Shown piece by piece: positions 1-11,614 of a stretch of DNA of 64,000 bases. The notes beneath the pieces were generated by a model, which was given only the letters and a program-made list of their open reading frames with translations, was not told the DNA's origin and did not search any database. Location of the stretch: assembly GCA_964016885.1 (NCBI GenBank), contig OZ024740.1, positions 362,762,001-362,826,000 on the forward strand. Direction: 5' to 3'. The position numbers were made by a program, and so were the translations under genes. The DNA comes from Eledone cirrhosa. Lineage: Eukaryota. Each line of letters starts with the position of its first letter. Positions within the stretch are counted from its first letter, which is position 1.

Positions 1-322
1 TTGTTTTCGCCATGACTTGAGTAACATTCCAACACAGGGTTCAGCCATATCAAGATATCTTTTTTGATTTTACTGAAATGTTGTTTTTCATTAACATAGA
101 ATAATTTGTATTTATAGTAGCTAGCTTCTTTATTGTTTTCATCTTTCCCTAAAATCGAGATTTTGCAGCCATTATTCCTTGAATGATACTATTTACCACT
201 AACGCAACCCCGTTTTTTTTTTTAGTAGGAGAGATTGTATTTTGTTACTCATTAAAATGAAGCTACACACACACATATATATTTACGTATGTATGTGTGT
301 ATGTGTGTAGTATGTATGTCGG

Positions 323-516
323 GTCACTCTTGAGTGGTACTGGTAACATGTAACCCAGTACAACCTGTCACACGGTCGGGTCGTCGGCAACTAAACCGGC
401 AACCCCACCAAGTTTACTTGGTGAGGAGGGTGATTTTGGACACCCTGCAGGACAAGAAACAAAACCTGACAAAGGGTGGAAGAATTCATAAGAGTCAACG
501 GCCATCCAAAAATGTG
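323..516 (+). mobile_element. Probable LINE 5'UTR-like repeat fragment
   Basis: GC-richer island between microsatellites with a CTAAACCGGCAACCCCACC motif resembling RTE 5' regions; no ORF. Confidence 0.25.
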
Positions 517-539
517 TAAATATGTATATACATGTATGC

Positions 540-589
<50 letters not shown>

Positions 590-679
590 GTGTATGTATA
601 TGCGCGGGGACGTAGAAATAATCGGGCTAGATACCCGATAGCGCGCTTAAACCACTGGGTGTGAAGGACCCTGCCTTTT

Positions 680-928
680 TCAGGGCATTCTTCTAGGAGA
701 AGGCAACTCAGGAAACTGGGATAACTCCGATATAAAACCTGCGGCTCAGTAGTTACCGATGATGTTGATCTTTTCTTCTTTTCGGGTTATAGCTACTGTC
801 GCCCAGAGAGTGGGTTTGGCTTTAAAAAAAATATTCACGTGCAGGCATTGAACGATAGAATTAATTAATAATTATTAATAATGTTATATCGTGCAATTAC
901 CATACTCGATAACGAGGGGGCTGCCATC
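680..928 (+). mobile_element. Interspersed repeat, copy 1 (second copy at 35433-35703)
   Basis: CAGGGCATT..CTAGGAGAAGGCAACTCA..GATAACTCCGATATAAAACCTGCGGCTCAGTAGTTACCGATGATG recurs almost identically at ~35433. Confidence 0.7.
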
Positions 929-1509
929 ATATATGTATGTATGTGTGTAAATGTGTGTCTGTGTGTGTATATATATATATATATGTATATAATATATAGT
1001 CAGATATCATAGATAAAAGTAGCTTTTCTTTTTGGCGTAGCAAATGACGATAGGTAACTCTCGGGTCTCGAATAATCGCCCCCCAACGCTTATTAATTTT
1101 TCAGATTTCTTATTCCAACCACCCAGCTTATTAAATTTCACTAATCTATCTCCAGATAAATTTTATTTCAAGTGATAGGATTCCTGTAACATTTAAATTT
1201 CTTTAGACATTAAAAAACATTATACATGACAAAAAAAAAGAACATTACAAAAAAATCACATAAGTTATGAAATAAATAGGATGGGTTAGGGTCTTAATAT
1301 GTAAACTAAACGACTAATTCTGGCTTTAAAAAATCAAGGGAAACAACTTAGAAAAATAAAGCATAGTCTTTGGTAGTTTGAGAAAGTATCAGATTAGTGA
1401 CTGGCGCGAATAGGACCACCAAACTACAATATGGTGAGAGATAATAAAAAGAACCATACCGCATCGTCCTTCGTATGGTTTAATAAGAGATGCATTCAGG
1501 CTTTAGGTA

Positions 1510-2162
1510 GAGGGCTCTGTTCGAAAAATATATTACAGTCTTCACTACGTGCCATAAAAAAACTGGCATGGGCTTGCGGCCTGTCCTGGGAGGCGTGGGA
1601 TGGACGCACAACTATTGCATATACTGAGACCTCAAAGAGAGTTCGGAAGGAAACAGTGCTTGACAATTGAAACCTGGAATATCACAACCCTTACAGGTAA
1701 GGAGCAATAACTAGTAGACAACGGTAGATGCTACCAGCTAGATATAGTCCAGCTTTACTCAACAAAGTTCTGTGGCTTTGGTACTGTAGATTTGAATGGT
1801 GGATGGAAACTCTACTATTCAAGTTTGGCGCCAGAAATGACTATACAGGCGGGAATGGGGATACTCACAAACACTCGGCTGTGTTATGGACTGGTTACCA
1901 TTAGGAGGGAGAATTTGCCTCTTGAAGCTTAAGCTGAAAGATAAGTCACTGTGGGTGGTGCAAGTTTATGCACCAAACCAGGATTCCGAATAGAGATCTT
2001 TCTTTGATGAATCACTGCAGCGTTAGATGTGGTTAAGGCTGAGTCATTTATGTTGATGGGATATTTCAATGCACAAAGATGGCATTGATCAACTGGCATG
2101 GAAAGGAGTGATTGGAAAGAACAGTGATCCCAATCTAAATACGTATGGAGAGGCTTTATTCG
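1510..2162 (+). pseudogene. Decayed 5' part of an RTE-type LINE (AP-endonuclease N-terminus)
   Basis: Frameshifted translation LTI*TWNITTLTGKEQ..GFGTVDLNGGWKLYYS..QAGMGILT..VVQVYAPN..MGYFNA, matching APE motifs. Confidence 0.75.
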
Positions 2163-2180
2163 AATTATTATATATATCTA

Positions 2181-2748
2181 TATAATTGTTTCTACTTTTG
2201 GCACAAGGCCAGCAATTACCCAGTGCATTACTGGTACTTTTATTTTATCGACCTCGTAAGGATAAAAGGCAAAGTTAACCTCGGCGGGATTTGAACTCAG
2301 ACTATAAAGGGCCGTAACTCTATGCTACAAAGCATGGTGTCCAACGCTCTACCGATACTGCCAATTCAATGATATATATACATATATATATATATACATT
2401 TATATATATATACATTTATATATATATACATATATATATATAATAATTGTTTCTACTTTGGGGACAGGGCCAGCAAATACCCAGTGTATTACTGGTACTT
2501 TTTTTTCTCGACCCTGTAAGGATGAAAGGCAAAGTTAACCTCGGCGGCATTTGAACTCAGACCATAAAAGGTCGTAACTCTTTGCTGCAAAGCATGGCGT
2601 CCGACCCTCTACCGATACTGCCAATCCACCGCCCTATATATATATATATATATAATTGTTTCTACTTTAGGCACAAGGCCAGCAATTACCCAGTGCATTA
2701 CTGGTACTTTATTTTATCGACCCCGTAAGGATGAAAGGCAAAGTCAAC
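2181..2748 (-). mobile_element. Three tandem tRNA-derived SINE copies (2181-2366, 2441-2633, partial 2652-2748) with a Meta-like central domain
   Basis: Minus strand: A-box-like TGGCAGTATCGGT, B-box-like GAGTTCAAAT, then TTAACTTTGCCTTTCATCCTTACGGGGTCGATAAAATAAAAGTACCAG and an (ATT)n tail. Confidence 0.8.
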
Positions 2749-2998
2749 ACACACACAGGAACAAGATGGCGTAGGACAGAACAAAGGAGAGGCACAAAAA
2801 CAAAGAAAATAATCCCCAGACACTGAAGAATGTGTGACGAAAGAACTTTGACAATATATAAACAACCATCTGGTTGTGGAACCAACCAACCAACCGGAAA
2901 TTTATAAATTCCTAAATTTATAAATTTATTATAATAAATTGAAGTGAAAGCAACTGGTGCGTGTGTTTCCTATTGGCAACATGACCCTCCCAAAGTAT

Positions 2999-3059
<61 letters not shown>

Positions 3060-3389
3060 CACACACAAAAACAAGATAGCGTAGGACAGAATAAAGGAGA
3101 GGCACAAAAACAAAGAAAAGAATCCCCAGTCACTGAAGAGGTCACAGAATGTGTGACGGAAGAACTTTGACAATATATGAACAACCGTCCGGTTGCGGAA
3201 CCAACCAACCAACCGGAAATATATGAATTTATAAATTCTTAAATTTATAAATTTAATTTATAATAAATTGGAGTGAAAGCAACTGGTGCGTGTGTTTCTT
3301 ATTGGCAACGTGACCCTCCCAAAGCATAACAATATCGGTTTCAACACACGTTTTCAGATAAAGAATCTTGCTAAACAAATTCAGAAACG

Positions 3390-3391
<2 letters not shown>
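2749..3391 (+). mobile_element. Two tandem pLTR/tail fragments of the PLE family at 28834-31400, with degenerate HHR (3128-3172)
   Basis: Reverse complement of 28834-29150; CAGTCA-CTGAAGA-GGTCACA..TGTGAC-GGAA. Confidence 0.8.
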
Positions 3392-3433
<42 letters not shown>

Positions 3434-3439
<6 letters not shown>

Positions 3440-5408
3440 AATATGAAAACATGGCGTGCTGCGTGGTTGCATATGGGTTACATATGAATAAATTTAGTCC
3501 TTCATCAGTGATCTTCCAACCTTCATTGGTATTTCATCGCTTTAAAGACCATATATGGTGCGAGCAACGGCTAAAGAAAGTCGTTGGGACACGTAAATAG
3601 GGGAAACGATCGAGACAGTAAACAAACTATGATGGTAATGCAACGAAAAGTGAGGAAGAAGGAGTCAAGTCCCTGAAATCGATGAACATAAGTTCTGTGA
3701 AATCGTAGACGAGAGAGAATAAAGACCATCCGACCTGGTCGAAGTGTGAGTGAGAAAAGAATCTCGCACAGGTCAAACGGGAGGAAGTAGGAGAGGGAGT
3801 AGCAGAGATTGAGTGAGTGAAAGTGTGAGGAAGAGGCTAACAGAGAGAGTGATTGGTAGAGGGGGTAAAAGGAAGTGAGAGATACAAAGAAAAGGTGAAG
3901 CAGTAAGAAAGAAACAGACGGGTCACAGCGGAGGAAAATATATTTGAAAAATATGAAAACATGGCGTGTTGCGTGGTTGCAGATGGGTTACATATGAATA
4001 AATGTAGTCCTTCATCAGTGATCTTCCAACCTTCATTGGTATTTCATCGCTTTAAAGACCATATACCTCTGGTTGGTGCCAACAACGGCTAAAAAAGTCG
4101 TTGTGACACGTAAATAGGGGGAACGAGCGTGTCAGTAAACAAACAAAGATGGGAATGCAACGAAAAGTGAGGAAGAAGGAGTCAAGTCCCTGAAATCGAT
4201 GAACATAAGTTCTGTGAAATCGTGAACGAGAGAGAATAAAGACCATCAAACCTTGTCGAAATGTGAGTAAGGAAAGAATTCCGCACAGGTCAAACGGGAG
4301 GAAGAAGGAGTCAAGTCCCTGAAATCGATGAACATAAGTTCTGTGAAATCGTAGACAAGAGAGAATAAAGACCATCCGACCTGGTCGAAGTGTGAGTGAG
4401 GAAAGAATCTCACAAAGGTCAAACGGGAGGAAGTAGGAGAGGGAGTAGCAGAGAGTGAGTGAGTGAAAGTGAAAGGAAGAGGCTAACAGAGAGAGTCACT
4501 GTTAGAGGGGGTAAAAGGAAGTGAGAGATACAGAGAAAAGGGGGAAGCAGTAAGAAAGAAACAGACGGGTCACAGCGGAGGAAAAATATATATGAAAAAT
4601 ATGAAAACATGGCGTGCTGCGTGGTTGTAGATAGGTTACATATGAATAAATTTAGTCCTTCATCAGTGATCTTCCAACCTTCATTGGTATTTCATCGCTT
4701 TAAAGACCTTATACCTCTGGTTGGTGCGAGCAACGGCTAAAGAAAGTCGCTGGGACACGTAAATAAGGGGGAACGAGCGAGACAGTAAACAAACAAAATG
4801 GTAATGCAACGAAAAGTGAGGAAGAAGGAGTCAAGTCCCTGAAATCGATGAACATAAGTTCTGTGAAATCGTGGACGAGAGAGAATAAAGACCATCAAAC
4901 CTGGTCGAAATGTGAGTAAGGAAAGAATTTCGCACAGGTCAAACGGGGGGAAGAAGGAGTCAAGTCCCTGAAATCGGGGGAACGCGCGAGACATTAAACA
5001 AACAATTACGTGTCCCAACGACTTTCTTTAGCCGTTGCTCGCACCAACCAGAGGTATGTGGTCTTTAAAGAGATGAAATACCAATGAAGGTTGGAAGATC
5101 ACTGATGAAGGACTAAATTTATTCATATGTAACCCATTTGCAACCACGCAGCACGCCATGTTTTCATATTTCTCATATATATTTTCCTCCGACGTGACCC
5201 GTCTGTTTCTTTCTTACTGCTTCCCCTTTTCTCTGTATCTCTCACTTCCTTTTACCCCCTCTACCAGTCACTCTCTCTTCCTCCCATTTTCACTCACTCA
5301 CCTTCTGTTACTCCCTCTCCTACTTCCTCCCATTTGACCTGTGCGAGATTCTTTCCTCACTCACACTTCGACCAGGTCGGATGGTCTTTATTCTCTCTCG
5401 TCTACGAC
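3434..5408. mobile_element. Non-coding repeat family A: tandem ~500-650 bp units with a terminal inverted unit (inversion near 5005); probable non-autonomous PLE derivative
   Basis: Unit starts GAAAAATATGAAAACATGGCGTG at ~3436, 3946 and 4593; 5006-5408 is its reverse complement; bounded by (TA)n; related to 61159-62015. Confidence 0.65.
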
Positions 5409-5473
5409 ATATATATATGTATACATATATATATACATATAAATATATATACATATATATACATATATATATA

Positions 5474-5659
5474 TCTTTCACCGTATTTTTGACTAAAGGC
5501 TTTTTAGTCTGATAATGGGGTTTATAACCGTCAGATAAATGGAAAAAGAAGAGTATTGACTACATTATCAGACTAAAATTCCTTTAGTCAAAAATACGGT
5601 GAAAGCTATTCTAATTTTTAATTTCAAACCTGCCCACTGTTTCAAAACATACTTACTTG
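5474..5659. repeat. Small element with ~43-bp inverted repeat (5475-5517 vs 5563-5606); mirrored at ~16048-16232
   Basis: CTTTCACCGTATTTTTGACTAAAGG..TTTTAGTCTGATAATG versus CATTATCAGACTAAAA..CCTTTAGTCAAAAATACGGTGAAAG. Confidence 0.8.
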
Positions 5660-6351
<692 letters not shown>

Positions 6352-6382
6352 AGATCAAAAGATGGTTAAAGGAGTTCAATAT

Positions 6383-6451
6383 ATTTTATTATGCGCATTT
6401 CAAAAACAAACATCATCAAACAATAATATTTGTGTTTTCATCAGATAAAAC
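6383..6451 (-). ncRNA. Minimal type-I hammerhead ribozyme in 3' pLTR
   Basis: Mirror of 15250-15318. Confidence 0.85.
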
Positions 6452-7682
6452 AGGAGAACATGATATGAAGGCTAAAAAAACACTTGTTGATAGTGCAGTT
6501 TTAAATCAACATATGAAAAGTGGTTTTAGATTGATGTGTGATATTGGGAAAAATATTTTATTTAGAGAGGGGGGGAGAGAAAAGGATGAAAAGGGAAGGA
6601 GATGAGAGGGAGAGATGGGTGATAGAGAGAAAGAGATAGTTTTTATAACAGAGAGGAGATATATTTTATATAGAGGGGTTGAAAACCGTTGGAAGATACT
6701 GTATAAATTAAAAATTTTGAAAATTAACGAAGGGAGGATATGTGCGAGGAAAAAATATATTATATTTAGGGAGGGGTGGGGGTGGAAAGGATGAAAAAAA
6801 GGGGAGGAGATGAGAGTGAAGGTGGAAAGGGAGAGATGGGTGATAGAGAGAAAGAGATAGTTTTTATAACTGAGAAAAAGATATAATGTTTTAATATAGA
6901 GAGGTTGGGAACCGTTGGAAGATAATGTATAAATTAAAGGAATTTGAAAATTAACGAAGGGAAATTATGTATGGAGATAGAGAGAAAAAAATAACGAAGG
7001 GAGATTATGTATGGAGATAGAGAGAAAAAAAAATAATAATTGTGGGTGAATATTCAAAAGGAGAAATGTAGGAATTTTAAAATTAGCAAAGAGAAAAAGT
7101 TTATGTATAGGATTTGAGAAAAATAATGTGAAGTTAGAGTTTTTATATTGAATTCATATGTATTAATAATGAGTTCGTTGATGGGGAGAAAAAAATAATA
7201 ATAAATTAAGGATGAAATTGAGATTAAAAAGATTTATGATAGAGAGAAAAAATAATAATGATTGCGGATGAATACTCAAAATGTCAAAAACAAATGTTAT
7301 TGTTTTACGAGGAGATATAATGAGGGTGATGAGTAAACGGGTATTATAGAGTGTATAATGCCCTTTAAAGTAAGGTAGATGGGTATATTTTAAAGAATAT
7401 ATGAGTATATATTAAAAAAATATATAATAATAAATTAAGGATGAAATTGAGATTAAAAAGATTTATGATAGAGGGAAAAAAAATAATAATGATTGCGGAT
7501 GAATATTCAAAATGTCAAAAACAAATGTTATTGTTTTACGAGAAGATAAGATGAGGTAAATGAGTAAACGAGTACTATAGAGTGTATAATGCCCTTTAAA
7601 GTAAGGTAGATGGGTATATTTTAAAGAGGTGTATGTATATGTGCCTTTGAGAAAAGATTCTAAATTGATAAAGAATTGAATA

Positions 7683-10084
7683 TTAACTGTATACTTTGTG
7701 AAAAGTTCTATGGAATTTATGCAGGCAGATGGAAAACAAATCCGAGCGTCTATTTATTATGGATTCTAGGTTAGAGATAATGGTAAATTTTTCATTTAGG
7801 CAGAGATTACAGATTTTAGATAGAGAACTGTTCAAGTACGAGGATGCAGAAGAAATCTTTTTCCAAAAGATGTTATATTTAATGTTTTTGTCTTTTAAGG
7901 ACCATATGAGTTCTGAGAGAGCAGTGTTAGTTCTTTTAAGTTTGTATTTGAAAGATGAATGATGATTATAGAGACGAGCTTTAAAAGAGGTGGAAGTGGA
8001 GCCAAAATAGGTGAAGGAGTTGGTGCTAGTTATAATTTTACATTCATAAATTAAGTTTTTATCGGGCAATGGTTGTTGAGAGGACATTTATTTTTAATGC
8101 GGCAGTTGCAATTAGAGAGATTATTAATGAGTGATCTAGTGTTATCTATAGAAGGAATTGGATTGGAGAAGTTGTTTGCGATAGGAATAATAGGAATAAT
8201 AGTTTCTTGATTTAGAGTTGGATTATGAACATTTAGCGAAGTTGTGTTTGACGTTGCATTTGGGTTTACAGAAGTTAGCCTAGGGTTTACAATGACGTCA
8301 GGAGTACTATTATTGTTATTATGAGATTCAATATTGGAAGGAAGAGATTTAGTATTTAATATTTTGTTGTTGTGTTTAGAAATGATGTTGGAAATATTGG
8401 AGGATGTAGAATACGAAAATTTAATGGTGTGTTTGTTAAATATTTTACTATAGATATGTGAGGGAGGGAAGCATTTATTTAAGGCACTAAAGAATAATTT
8501 AGGAATATTGTTATTAATAGAGATGGAGAAAGGAGCATTATACCAGATTATGTTTTTGTATCTAGGTCTTTTATTAAAATTATTGGAATGGTTATGATTA
8601 AATATTCTACTGTAAGTTTTCCTAGAATTTGTTTCTTTATTATATTTGATTTTATCTGGATAGCCGGCTTTAGAAAGTGCGTTATTATAGTAATTGGCGT
8701 TAGCATCAAAGATGTTTTTATTAGAAGATATGTTAGATATTCTATTTCCAATATTATTAACTATAGCATTCTTGATATTGGTAGGATGGTTAGATTTAAA
8801 GTTAACATAATTAAGATTCTCATTGTTTTTATGGTAAGGGTAATATAGGCCAGTGTCAAGATTAAGAGATACATCCAAGAAATTAGCTAGTTTGGTACTA
8901 TTATCAAATTCTATTTTTAGGTTATGTTGGTTAAAGAGATTACGTATATTGTTCTTAATAATATTAAGTTTAACTATATTGCAATTTAGGATAGTAAAGA
9001 GTCCATCGTCACGATAAATTCCACCGCGAAGTTGAGGAATTTTCCGACTCAAAGAGTTCAAAATGAAGATACCAATTAAATCAGTCAATTGGGATGAATC
9101 GGATGCTCCCATTGTGATGTCGAAGTTGTTAGAGGTATCGGCTCTGGTCCAATATTCGTTGTTGAACTCTAGGATGGTTTTACGTGCGGTGAGGATGATG
9201 TGAAGTTCATCTGTGGTGATGTCAGAATATTTAAGTGCGAAAGATAGAGCATTATTGAGAAGTGAAGGCGAAATGGAGGAATAGTAGCTGGCAATATCGA
9301 ATTGAATAAATTTTAGTTTGTTTTTATTATCCAATTTGTTGAACCAGCCAATCACTTCAGAAGTACCAAACCATAAATTTAGGTTTAAAGAAGAGCAATT
9401 AGAACTAACCTGTGGGATAATCCTATCCAAGATGGCTTTACTAACAACCCCCAGATCAGATTTAGAGGGGGCGATTAATCTAACAGGTAGTTCAGTGCGA
9501 AAATTGTTTTTGTGATCCTTGAGATTTATCCTCGGAGTTCTTGGGAGGAATGGTTCGGTCTTTTTTTCAATGCCAAGTTTTGACATAATCTCATAGGCTT
9601 CAAGGTTTATGCATTCTAAATTTTCATGGTTGGTTTTACGATACTTTTTCCTAAGTTCCTTTAGGATAAGGTTGTTATAATTATCCTTGGAAATACCATA
9701 TAGGTTATTGGTTTTGTCAGAGTGGACTAAAACATTTTTTGAGGAATTTAGGTTAGAGATTGTGTTCTTGAGATTTACAAGGTGCTCTTGTCCTTTGTAA
9801 GGGTATCTCTTGAATTTAAGATTTTTTATAATTTTAGTTAATTCTTCCTCGAATTGTGCTAGATTTTTGTTGGAAGGAGGATTTCGTCTGGAATTAAAAA
9901 GATGATCGAGGAAGTTGTGTTCTTTGGTATGAAAGTTCCCTTTTAGGCGCTGGTCATAGAAATAGGCTGTCCATCTAAGTCTTCTTACGAAGGAGTCAGT
10001 TTTTTCAATAAGAAGTTTGGTGAATTCAGATTTACCAGGTATAGGAATGTCTTTAGTAGAATTGGTTATGTTGTAATAATCCAT
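7683..10084 (-). pseudogene. PLE RT/GIY-YIG ORF with a 1-bp deletion at 8064/8065
   Basis: Translation identical to the + copy, but ATCG-GGCAATG replaces ATCGAGGCAATG, splitting the ORF into 8051-10144 and 7683-8087. Confidence 0.9.
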
Positions 10085-10289
10085 GTTGTAGAAGAAGAGG
10101 TGAAGGACCATCAAAAGGTATCCAATATGAGAGTAAGCGCTCAACCGTTAAGGAGCAAGTAAATGTAGGAGGTGAGTTTTATTGTAGTACAATAAAGCAA
10201 TGCAGATATCGGATAAGAAGCACTCTACAGTTTGTGGGACTGGAGTATGCATAATATAAGATCAAAAGATGGTTAAAGGAGTTCAATAT

Positions 10290-10358
10290 ATTTTATTATG
10301 CGCATTTCAAAAACAAACATCATCAAACAATAATATTTGTGTTTTCATCAGATAAAAC
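10290..10358 (-). ncRNA. Minimal type-I hammerhead ribozyme in 5' pLTR
   Basis: Mirror of 11341-11409. Confidence 0.85.
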
Positions 10359-11340
10359 AGGAGAACATGATATGAAGGCTAAAAAAACACTTGTTGATAG
10401 TGCAGTTTTAAATCAACATATGAAAAGTGGTTTTAGATTGATGTGTGATATTGGGAAAAATATTTTATTTAGAGAGGGGGGGAGAGAAAAGGATGAAAAG
10501 GGAAGGAGATGAGAGGGAGAGATGGGTGATAGAGAGAAAGAGATAGTTTTTATAACAGAGAGGAGATATATTTTATATAGAGGGGTTGAAAACCGTTGGA
10601 AGATACTGTATAAATTAAAAATTTTGAAAATTAACGAAGGGAGGATATGTGCGAGGAAAAAATATATTATATTTAGGGAGGGGTGGGGGTGGAAAGGATG
10701 AAAAAAAGGGGAGGAGATGAGAGTGAAGGTGGAAAGGGAGAGATGGGTGATAGAGAGAAAGAGATAGTTTTTATAACTGAGAAAAAGATATAATGTTTTA
10801 ATATAGAGAGGTTGGGAACCGTTGGAAGATAATGTATAAATTAAAGGAATTCCTTTAATTTATACATTATCTTCCAACGGTTCCCAACCTCTCTATATTA
10901 AAACATTATATCTTTTTCTCAGTTATAAAAACTATCTCTTTCTCTCTATCACCCATCTCTCCCTTTCCACCTTCACTCTCATCTCCTCCCCTTTTTTTCA
11001 TCCTTTCCACCCCCACCCCTCCCTAAATATAATATATTTTTTCCTCGCACATATCCTCCCTTCGTTAATTTTCAAAATTTTTAATTTATACAGTATCTTC
11101 CAACGGTTTTCAACCCCTCTATATAAAATATATCTCCTCTCTGTTATAAAAACTATCTCTTTCTCTCTATCACCCATCTCTCCCTCTCATCTCCTTCCCT
11201 TTTCATCCTTTTCTCTCCCCCCCTCTCTAAATAAAATATTTTTCCCAATATCACACATCAATCTAAAACCACTTTTCATATGTTGATTTAAAACTGCACT
11301 ATCAACAAGTGTTTTTTTAGCCTTCATATCATGTTCTCCT

Positions 11341-11409
11341 GTTTTATCTGATGAAAACACAAATATTATTGTTTGATGATGTTTGTTTTTGAAATGCGCA
11401 TAATAAAAT
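11341..11409 (+). ncRNA. Minimal type-I hammerhead ribozyme
   Basis: Stem I GTTTTAT/ATAAAAT; CTGATGA 11348-11354; long stem II; GAAA 11391-11394; palindromic TGCGCA; TA cleavage site 11401-11402. Confidence 0.88.
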
Positions 11410-11614
11410 ATATTGAACTCCTTTAACCATCTTTTGATCTTATATTATGCATACTCCAGTCCCACAAACTGTAGAGTGCTTCTTATCCGATATCTGCATT
11501 GCTTTATTGTACTACAATAAAACTCACCTCCTACATTTACTTGCTCCTTAACGGTTGAGCGCTTACTCTCATATTGGATACCTTTTGATGGTCCTTCACC
11601 TCTTCTTCTACAAC

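Larger units (their letters stand above)
6345..10849 (-). mobile_element. Penelope-like element, left arm copy (pLTR-ORF-3'UTR-pLTR)
   Basis: Reverse complement of 10850-15356; terminal direct repeats ~6345-6943 and ~10251-10849; 3' end abuts (TA)n. Confidence 0.95.

Noticed and set aside
1054-1200. Possible DNA-transposon terminal repeat (ACTCTCGGGTCTCGAATAATCGCCCCCC)
   Set aside because: No matching opposite end found in the window
10847-10852. EcoRI site at the palindrome centre suggesting a ligation chimera
   Set aside because: The native element reads GGAATTTG there (~6939-6946), so GAATTC is created by the fold-back; an amplification artefact still needs read-level exclusion
11555-11614. 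820-aa ORF start at TTG
   Set aside because: Non-ATG start from the ORF caller; paralogs align from ATG 11615
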